Under the pieces are notes generated by a model. The model had not been told where the DNA came from. It was given only the letters and a program-made list of their open reading frames with translations, and ran no database searches. Positions 45,749-64,000 of a stretch of 64,000 nucleotides of DNA are shown here, one piece after another. Both the position numbers and the translations under genes were made by a program. Origin of the DNA: Salpingoeca rosetta (taxonomy: Eukaryota > Protista > Choanoflagellata). Position 1 is the stretch's first letter, and the number at the start of each line of letters is the position of its first letter. The stretch is from the NCBI GenBank assembly GCA_033442325.1, contig JAWQFM010000023.1, positions 235,558 through 299,557 of the forward strand. The letters run 5' to 3'.

Positions 45749-46425
45749 CCACAGCGCCGTTATCATTGCTCCTCTGCAACACAGCTGCTTGTGTGTGTGT
45801 ATGTGTGTGTGATGTTTGCATTCACCCTCTGTGCTCACCCACACCATCTGCCCAACCCCTTTCAACCACCACAACGCCGTTCTGTCGACACCAGCTGGCT
45901 TCACGCAACAGCGTGGTACGTCAACCACCAACCACAGTCACCACAGACAGCAACAACCACCGCAGCCACCGACCACCATCACAGTGCCGTTATCATTGCT
46001 CCGCTGCTACACAGCTGCTTGTGTGTGTGTGTGATGTTTGCATTCACCCTCTGTGCTCACCCACACCATCTGACCAACCTCTTTCAACCACCACAATGCC
46101 GTTCTGTCGACACCAGCTGGCTTCACGCAACAGCGCGGTACGGCAACCACCGACCACAGTCACCACAGACAGCAACAACCACCGCAACAAATGCAGCCAC
46201 CACCACCACAGTGCCGTTATCATTTCTCCTCTGCAACACAGCTGCTTGTGTGCGCTTGTGTGTGTAGTGTTTGCATTCACCCTCTGTGCTCACCCACACT
46301 CTCTGCCCAACCCGTTTCAACCACCACAACGCCGTTCTGTCGACACCAGCTGGCTTCACGCCGCAGCGTGGTACGTCAACCACCGACCACAGTCACCACA
46401 GACAGCAACAACCACCGCAGCCACC
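45749..46425. repeat. Three tandem copies of a ~230-bp complex unit
   Basis: The unit CACAG(C/T)GCCGTTATCATT...TTTGCATTCACCCTCTGTGCTCACCCACAC...GTCGACACCAGCTGGCTTCACGC...CACAGTCACCACAGACAGCAACAACCACCGCA starts at ~45749, ~45980 and ~46207. Confidence 0.9.
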
Positions 46426-46879
46426 AACCATCACCATCGTCGCAACCACCACCACTACCACCACCACGGTGCAATCACCACAACACGTGCTGTGATTTCG
46501 GCTTCCGCCACGATGTTGCTCATACCCGCACCCACCTCATGTTCTCGTGCATAACACCCACCCCCCCGTCTTTTCTTTTCAGAGAGACTTGAAGCGAACT
46601 GAAACCCGCGTGGCTTCCAAGGTTCTGCAATTGCGCATGCACTAGCACACATTGACACAGCACTGCCTTGCGATGCAGCAACCGAATCCCCCACCCCCTC
46701 ACACCCCCCCCCCCCACCACAGACTGGTATCACCTCTTACCCCACCGTCACAACACCACCGTCATGCACAGGCGTCCATCATAACGGAGGCAGTCACGCA
46801 GTTTGCGACCATTACGCAGTTGCAAGTATGCGCGCAGCAGCAAGGCAGCAGCAGCAGCAGCAGCGGCAGCAGCAGCAGG

Positions 46880-50901
<4,022 letters not shown>

Positions 50902-51736
50902 GCTCGACGTGACCGCGCGCTTGGGAGACAGGGAGCCATGTGCTCGTGTGTGTGTGTGTGTGTGCTCGTGTGTGTGTGTGTGTGCATGTGTGTGCATGTA
51001 CGTGATTCATTGTAATTGCGCGGGGAGTGCATGTCTACACGTGTAAGGGAGGGGGAGAGAGAGGGGGGGGGGGAAAGACGTGTGGAGGACAGTGTGTTTG
51101 CTTTGCGTGCATGCGCATGTGCACACGATGCTGTTCTTTGCTTGCTTTGCTTTGCTTTGCTTTGCTTTGCTTTCTTACACGTCCATATGTGTCTGCAATA
51201 CACTGCATAAGCTACAGTGATGTATGTGATCACGAATAGCGCTTTGCGGTGAACAGAGCACAGAAATGGAATGTGCGTGTGTGGATGTGAGGGATGTGTG
51301 TGCGTGTGCGTGCGTGCATGTTTGGAAGACTGTTATATTGACTGTGAGTCTGCCGTTCTGCGTTGTCGCGTTAGCGCGTTGTTGTTGTTGTTGATGATGG
51401 GAGGAGAAGTGAACAACCGCTCGACCACGCTGATGTTCGGCGTCACTTGTGTCTGACAAGGGAATGGTCGTGAGGGTCCTAGGGTCGTCGGTGGGCGATT
51501 GAGGGGTTGGTTGTGTTTGTGGGAGGTGGGAAGGTGTATGTGCTGTGTGTGTGTGTGTCGCGTGTCATGCTGAGAGGAGTCACGGCAACATTGCAGACAC
51601 TGAGAACACTGCAACAGGGCGACAACGAGGAGCAGCTTTTCTGGTCTGGTTTTTCACAAGTTTTCCAACAAACGCCTTGCACTTTGCTTCGTATGTGAAT
51701 CACGTCACATCTCACATCAAATCACGACGAAGAACG

Positions 51737-52678
51737 ATGTGGTCGGCAACTGCGACAACCAGGACGAGGGCCAGTGGTGATGGTGGACCGGCGAGGTTGT
51801 TATTAGTTGGTGTGGTCATGGTCGTGGGCGCGATCAGTCTAAGCGCCAGCGGTGTGGGCGTTGCTGCAGGCAAGCCCAAGACGCCTGCCGAGATTTGTGC
51901 CCCCATGACGACTCACCCAGAGCGCGTTAACCAAACCCAGCGTGCGCTTCGACCGTTTTGGCTTCATGTGCCAAAGTGCGGCACCACCTTCTCCGTCACC
52001 ATGGGCCAGGTGCACTGTCCCGAGGCGCGAATCACGGAGCCCGTCATCAGCACCAACAAAATCCTGAAGACCCCCGCGTGCAAGAACAGGTTCGCTCGCC
52101 TAACGGACCCGCATGACGGCCTCGTGCTGTCGGAAACCAAGCGCATGGTGGTCATGCTGCGTGACCCGCTGGACCGCGTCATCTCGGGCTACCTGCACAA
52201 GTTCCACGACTGCAAGTCAATGCAACTCAAGTACTGTGGTGCAGCATACTGGGACAGGTGCAACACTCCACCGCCACAGGTTTTGAACAGCAACCCCGAC
52301 ACGGTATTACAATACGCCAAGTGCGTCCAGGGCTTGGCCACGCACATGCTGAATGGGCACCACTCCCGCGACCGCAACTTCCAGGCGCCGACGCCACACG
52401 AAGTCCTGGCTGCTGCGAAGCGGTTGCAGGAGGCAGCGTTTGTTGGCATCCAGGAAGAGTGGAACAAGAGCGTGTGTCTGTACCGCGCCATGTTTGGGGA
52501 AGGGGGAATGACAGACGTTTCCTTTGGCGTTGCCCGGCCGTCCAAGTATCCTGAGAACAAGAACAAGGTGCGCAAGCTGCTGAAGGACGCCGACTGGTTT
52601 GATACTGCCGACAACCTCGTGTACCATGCCGCCTTGGAACGGTTCAAGAACGACTCCTTGCACTTCCTCGGCGAATGA
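51737..52678 (+). CDS. Golgi-type (carbohydrate) sulfotransferase, intronless
   Basis: Signal or anchor LLLVGVVMVVGAISL, 5'-PSB WLHVPKCGTTF, 3'-PB VMLRDPLDRVISGY, and AFVGIQEEWNKSVCL. Confidence 0.85.
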   Translation: MWSATATTRTRASGDGGPARLLLVGVVMVVGAISLSASGVGVAAGKPKTPAEICAPMTTHPERVNQTQRALRPFWLHVPKCGTTFSVTMGQVHCPEARITEPVISTNKILKTPACKNRFARLTDPHDGLVLSETKRMVVMLRDPLDRVISGYLHKFHDCKSMQLKYCGAAYWDRCNTPPPQVLNSNPDTVLQYAKCVQGLATHMLNGHHSRDRNFQAPTPHEVLAAAKRLQEAAFVGIQEEWNKSVCLYRAMFGEGGMTDVSFGVARPSKYPENKNKVRKLLKDADWFDTADNLVYHAALERFKNDSLHFLGE

Positions 52679-52806
52679 GCGTGATGTGTGCATGTGTGCG
52701 TGTAAGTGTGATGAGTGCATGTGCGTATATAAGCGTGTGCGTGTGATGCGAGTGTGTGTTTGGGCGTGATGTGTGCGTGTGATGTGTGTGTGTGTGGATG
52801 TGTGTG

Positions 52807-52846
<40 letters not shown>

Positions 52847-53206
52847 ATGTGTTGTGCATACGTGCGTGTGTAGCTTCCAGATCGCCTTGTCCTCCCTTTT
52901 CTCTCGTCACATCGCCATCACCTTGCCCCATTGCCCCATTGTGTCGTTTCCCATGTTCGCGTGTTCTTGTCTTGTATTTCGAATAAACAACAGACAAGCC
53001 TCAACGACCACCACTGCCACTCGCAACAAGCAACCGTGGGGCCCACCAAGCAAGCAGAAGCCCCTTTGCTCACAGTCAACAGACGCACAAACAACAAAGC
53101 AAGCAAGCAAGCAAGAGAGGAAGCCTTCCGCAGGTTGGTTGCTTGCAGGCAAAACACCCTTCTGCCTCTGATGATTCGATGGTCATTTACAACGCAATTG
53201 TCAGGC

Positions 53207-58863
<5,657 letters not shown>

Positions 58864-58983
58864 GAAATAGAAGCAGAAGACACCACCACCGTTTACCACC
58901 ACCAGCAGCGTGGAGCACGTGCGCCTCGCTGTTGCTCCTTCCTCGTTAGAAGTTGTTGGTTACATGGATTGTTGTGTCGGTAT

Positions 58984-59072
<89 letters not shown>

Positions 59073-59954
59073 CATTTGCTGTGAACCACGTTGAAATGAA
59101 GCAAGGAATTACATCACAACGACACCGTTGAAGTGGATTGCACACTACACGACCACGACCAGTGGAAGAGAGGAGGACCGTCCGCCTGTGTCGATTCGTG
59201 TCATGGTGACATGTGATGTGACTCACACAGACCTGTGGTGGTGGTTGCCTCGTTGCTCGTGTTGATCCACCAGCAACAAGCACACTAACACGTGGCATGG
59301 CGAGCAATGGTTGGTTGTGTCCGCGAACACAGTGCAGGATGTGCGTGAATTTCACAACAGCGCACAGAAACACTGCTGAGTCTTTTCTCTCTTTGTTTGC
59401 AATGGGAGACATGACATGACACACCCAATTGTTCAGTGACACACAATTACCTTCCTTCCTTCGCCAAGCAGGCAAGCCCCCCCCCCTCTCTCTTTGGTGC
59501 CACTGGCACTGAGGAACTAATGTGAGATGAAGTTGTTCGACAAGTTCATTTTCCTCCAGTCGTCGATTCCAACAAGTCCAAGGGCCCCGAGCAGACAAGA
59601 CGCAGAGACTCAGAGACGCAAGAAGCAAGCAGCAAGGACAAAGACAAGCAAGCAAGCAAGGCCAAACAAGGACAAAGAAGGCAAAACACGCACTCCCCCC
59701 ACCCCCTTCTCTCTCTCAGGCCACTGCCAAGTGACTCCTTGAGGACTGCCGCCAAGTGCCCTAGTGCCAGCCGCCCCAACCCCAACAACAGCGAATCAGC
59801 AGTTTAACGCACCAAGCACACCCGAAAAGACACCGACTCTCAACTGGACACCATCTGAGGACTGGTTCTCAAGCCCACTTGTCAGCTTGTCAGGACAGCC
59901 TCCCCTTCCTTCCTTCCTGTGAGCATTGCGCGGAGCAGCGTCACAGGCAAAGCC

Positions 59955-60060
59955 TACGACAACAAGACCAACACGACAACAAGACCAACACGACAACAAG
60001 CCAACAAGACCAACACGACAACAAGCCAACAGGACCAACAAGACAAGAAGACAGCAAGAC
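59955..60060. repeat. Short tandem repeat (ACGACAACAAG/ACCAAC units) directly upstream of the vWA start codon
   Basis: Repeated acgacaacaagaccaac units. Confidence 0.8.
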
Positions 60061-60063
60061 AAA

Positions 60064-62182
60064 ATGTCTGGTTCAGACACCTACTACACGGCGACGTGCA
60101 ACATGGTTGCCATGGAGGGCGACCGCATCATGTTCCAGCCCACCGTCACCTGCCAGCGCATGGAGGATTACCACCCCGAGCGCCGCCAGGCCAGGATGCA
60201 CGTGCTCTTCGTCGCAGACAACTCCGGCTCCATGTGCTACCACATGCAGAGTGTCAACACCGGGCTGGCAAACGCCATCACTGCCTGCATGCAACACGGT
60301 GTTCACCCCAATCTCTGCAACTTCAATGAAGTTATTGACGAGCACCACCTCCCCTACAACCAAGGCGCTGCTGCTGTTGCCAGCACCATCCAGAACCTTG
60401 AATCCACGGGTGGAACGGACTTTGACATCGTTGTGGATCGTCTCGTTGCGGAGATGAACATGCTCCTGGGTGTTGCCCGCGCCCAGCAAGACCGGCAGCA
60501 TCGCGTATTCCTCGTCGTGATGACGGACGGCCAAGCGTCGATGCCCAGCGAGGACAAGTTCGCGCACCTGCAGCGTCTCATCGAGGAGTTTACCGCCCTG
60601 TCTGTCCACTCCAACGAGGTCAACGTGCTTGCTCTCGGCGTTGGCGGCGACCACCAGGGCGAGTTTCTTGACCGCCTCTCAAAGGTGAGTAGATGTGTGT
60701 TCATGTGCGTGTGTTCATGTGCGTGTGTGCATCTGTGCGTGTGTTCATGTGCGTGTGTGCATCTGTGCGTGTGCATCTGTGTGTTGCGCACAGACCCGCC
60801 TGCCCGGCTTGATCGACTTGTCCGACTTGCCTCCCTTGCGCACGCCTGTGCCTGCACCGGCCAGCATCTGTACGTTTATTACTTCTTTTCTTCTGTTGCT
60901 TCTGTGTTATGACACACCCTTCTTCCACCCCTTCGTACGTGCAAGCGTATCCTTACACTCCGCCGCAAACAACACCTGCCGGCTTTCCTGCCACTACCAT
61001 CCCTTCACCTTCCAATCTCTTCTCTCACTCTCTCATTCGCACCTCCCCCCTCCACAGGTTGTGCCCAACAGCAACCGCTTCTTCCAGTGCGCTGCTGGTG
61101 AGACGACGGACGAGCTCACCAACAGCATCACGGACGCGATGGGCCACCTCACCACCAGCCTTGCTGCCTCCGCCACCACCTCCAGCCTGCGCGTGTGCAT
61201 CCAGCCTGCCGGCACGTCCACGCCTGTCGCCCATGTCCAGCTGCGCGAAACGGAAAGCGAGTCTGTTGGCACTGCCGTCGCCGTCACGTACCAGGCGGAT
61301 TGCGTGCAGGCATTGCCAGACAACGTGGCAGCCGCCGTCTTTGCTGCCTTGCGACAAGACCCCTCCCGCAGCGGCATGTTCCTTGGCAGCACCACCGCCA
61401 CGCCGCTGCCGTGCACGTTCACCTTTGTGGACCTCGAGGACCTCGAAGGTGTGGACCGGTACGAGGCCGAGTCCGGGCTGGCGCGCGAGCAAACCAGCAC
61501 ATTCGCCGACAACCTGCCGTCGCAGATTGACGTGCGCCGGGACCGCGAGGTGGTGGAGACAGGCCAAACGCTGCTGGGCATCATTTCAGAGCTGATCCAG
61601 CAGGCGCGCTCCTTCACGGACCTGCCCGATGACGACCAGGAGTTTGTGGGCAAGACACAGCAGCAGCAGGAGCAGTGCCACTCGCTGCTCAACGAGATTG
61701 TGAACACGGGCCGCTCTGGTCCCGATGTCATCACGCAGCTGCGCACCCACACCAACCCGCTGGTCGCGCCCATTCGCCGACGCCGCGTGCAGGGTGAGCG
61801 CATGTGTGTGTGTGTGCGTGTTTGCGTGTGATTGTGTATGTGTGTGCGCGTGTGTGTATGTCTACGTGTATATGTGTGTGTGTGTGTGTTGTGTGTGTGA
61901 ATCAACGCGGGTCAATGTACAAATGATGTGACTGCTTGGTTGCAGTGGGACGCTGTTGCTGCCCCCTTGCTATCTGCGCTTGCATGGTGGGTTGCCCAGC
62001 ACTCTGCCAACCAACTCACACGCAACCCTGTCACCCGTGTTCTTCCTTGTCACTGTATGCGTGCAGGCAAGGCAACGGGGGAGGTGCTGATGCTGCGCGC
62101 CACGTGCCAGCAGCTGCAGGTTGCGTTGATGCTCGCCCTTTGCCTCAACATCTTCTTTGGCATCTCTCTCGTCTTCAAGTGA
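60064..62182 (+). CDS. von Willebrand factor A domain protein with C-terminal hydrophobic tail (exons 60064-60684, 61058-61793, 62067-62182)
   Basis: MIDAS motifs VADNSGSM, GGTDF and VVMTDGQ, then VLALGVG, and a C-terminal LQVALMLALCLNIFFGISLVFK*. Confidence 0.8.
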
Positions 62183-62248
62183 TGCCGTTCACCCACGTTA
62201 TGATAATGCTTCAGTAGTCAGCTTCGTTGTTCTGTTGTTGCCGACAGG

Positions 62249-62283
<35 letters not shown>

Positions 62284-62914
62284 CTCCCTCTCCTCTCTCC
62301 ATACGTTCTTCAGCCTTCATCTGTATTCTGAGCTTCATTCCGTCTTGTTGACGAACACCCTTCACGACGTTGTGCATCCCTTTATTTCGAACTCAAGTGC
62401 ACCTGTGTACACTTCTATATTGACAAGTCGACATACACAATCAATCAAGCAAAAGAACTGTTCGCAACAGTCAAGCAAATGCGAACGTGAACATAAGTAA
62501 GTTGTCGAGGCACGCTGAAGCAGAGATAGGGCACATGTGCAGGCACTGCACGCATTGATGGGTAGCGTGATGGGGATGGCTATTCGGTACATAAACGGAG
62601 AAGCCCGCAAGGATGATGACATGTAATACAGCAAACCAACAAAAAAGCACAGAACGCAGTGCGCCCGCAAAAACAACAACAAACGTGAGAACGTGAACAG
62701 CATGTCATGTCATAAATGAAATGTGCCGTTAGCCAACACGTCTTGCAACACCACGAGCCAAGAACTCAAGCCACAAGTCAAGAAAGAAAGAAAGAAAGTC
62801 AACAACCAATCAACCAATCAACCAATCAACCAATCAACCAAGTAAGTAAGCAAGCAAGCAACCAAGCGAGCAGAGCCATACGGTGAAACGACAGTCGTCA
62901 TATATTAAAGTGTG

Positions 62915-64000
62915 TCAGGCAGTACGTTTAGTGGCGCGGTCTTGGAACCACTGGTGAACATATAAACAGTGTGTTGCGTCTTCAACGCCAAACCCGCGCA
63001 GCCCGGCATGGGGTGTGTGCAGGTGCTCCTCCCTTGTGCCTGCCAACGACGTCCATGTGTCTGTCTTTGCATAGAAGCGGAGGCGGGCGCCATCCACAGT
63101 GGCACGCAGCTCCTCGCGTGACTCCATCTCCGAGCCGTGCGTCAGGCCCTTGCCGTAGATGCCAGTGTGGAAAACGTGTTCGCGCAGCGGACACAGGTAT
63201 CTCGTCGGGCCATCCAGCTGCACAAATGCCTGCTTCATCGTCAGGTCCCTAGAAAGAGCGCACAAAGAGCGAGCGGAGCATGACAACCAAGAACGGGTGT
63301 GAACATGCAAGGAGATGGCGGCTTGAGCTGAGGTGTAAGCGCATGTGGGTGTGCAAAATGCATTCACATCCACAGAGGTGCGGGCAATGTGTCCCAGGCA
63401 CGCCAGAGGTCATGCAGCCGAGGCAGACCGCGGCAGACAACAGCCACAACACACACACACACACACACACACAACACACACACAACAAACACACACACAC
63501 ACACGCACAACAACCACACACAGCGCGTCTCTCACCAGTTGTACTCGTCAAAAGTACAGAAGAACTGCGCGCGTTGCAGGAGTGCATCCCACGCTGCCCG
63601 TTTCATGAGCCCGCTGACAGTCCACAGGTTGTCTCGGCACTGGGACATTGCACCAAACACGTCGTCCCTGGCATCTGCCTCCTTCATGAGCGCAGGCAAG
63701 ATGGAGCCAATGTGCTTGCTGACGAGGAAATCCTCTTCGAGGTAGTACAGCCAGCGTGCCCCGCGAAAGTAGTGCCAGACGCGGTGCATGGCCCAGAACC
63801 AGTGGTGCTTGGCGCACGTGTACTGCCAGTACTGGCGCACGCGGCCAAACTGGCTGTACTTGGGGAACCCATGCCGTTCCTCTGCAGTGCGGCAGGCAAA
63901 TGGGTGAAAGATCTGGGATACCCTGAAGCGGCGTCGCAGCCTGCGCGCCGTGCGCTCCATCCGGGAGTCATGCCCGTCATGGGAGACCACAATGTGCGTG
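62915..64000 (-). CDS. GlcNAc-transferase II (MGAT2, GT16)-like, 5' part outside window
   Basis: VSHD, QIFHPF, KHHWFW, LEED and FCTFDEYNW|DLTM..VFHTG match MGAT2 family motifs. Confidence 0.8.

Noticed and set aside
45749-46425. CRISPR array or transposon
   Set aside because: The units are long near-identical tandem copies without unique spacers, terminal repeats or a transposase, and the context is eukaryotic.

Overview
Eukaryotic, GC-rich, intron-dense DNA with (CA)n/(TG)n microsatellites in almost every intron and poly-Gln tracts in proteins. The style and gene content suggest a unicellular holozoan, probably a choanoflagellate such as Salpingoeca (inference). Most ORFs in the supplied track are microsatellite artefacts, so the genes were rebuilt by hand from GT-AG splice sites. 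In order: Thr-rich mucin-like membrane protein (5' end outside the window), oxysterol-binding protein, V-ATPase subunit G, AP-4-like bHLH factor, DDX18/HAS1 helicase, GT77 glycosyltransferase, a hidden 50-aa QCR10/UQCR11-like gene, a mitochondrial J-domain protein, ATP synthase alpha, GINS PSF2, a PARP-like mono-ADP-ribosyltransferase, an unknown multi-exon gene, a hidden 50-aa mitoregulin-like microprotein, a tRNA-Thr(AGT), Gal-3-O-sulfotransferase, a GNS-type sulfatase fragment, a dicarboxylate carrier, a Crinkler-like REase+kinase gene, a second sulfotransferase, an arylsulfatase B-like gene, a vWA protein and a partial MGAT2-like gene. There are two assembly gaps. The top finding is that the tRNA-Thr(AGT) gene (38713-38798, minus strand) is circularly permuted. 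Its 3' half lies upstream of its 5' half, split at position 37/38, with intron-mimicking flanks, a substitute A box in the leader and an oligo-T terminator.
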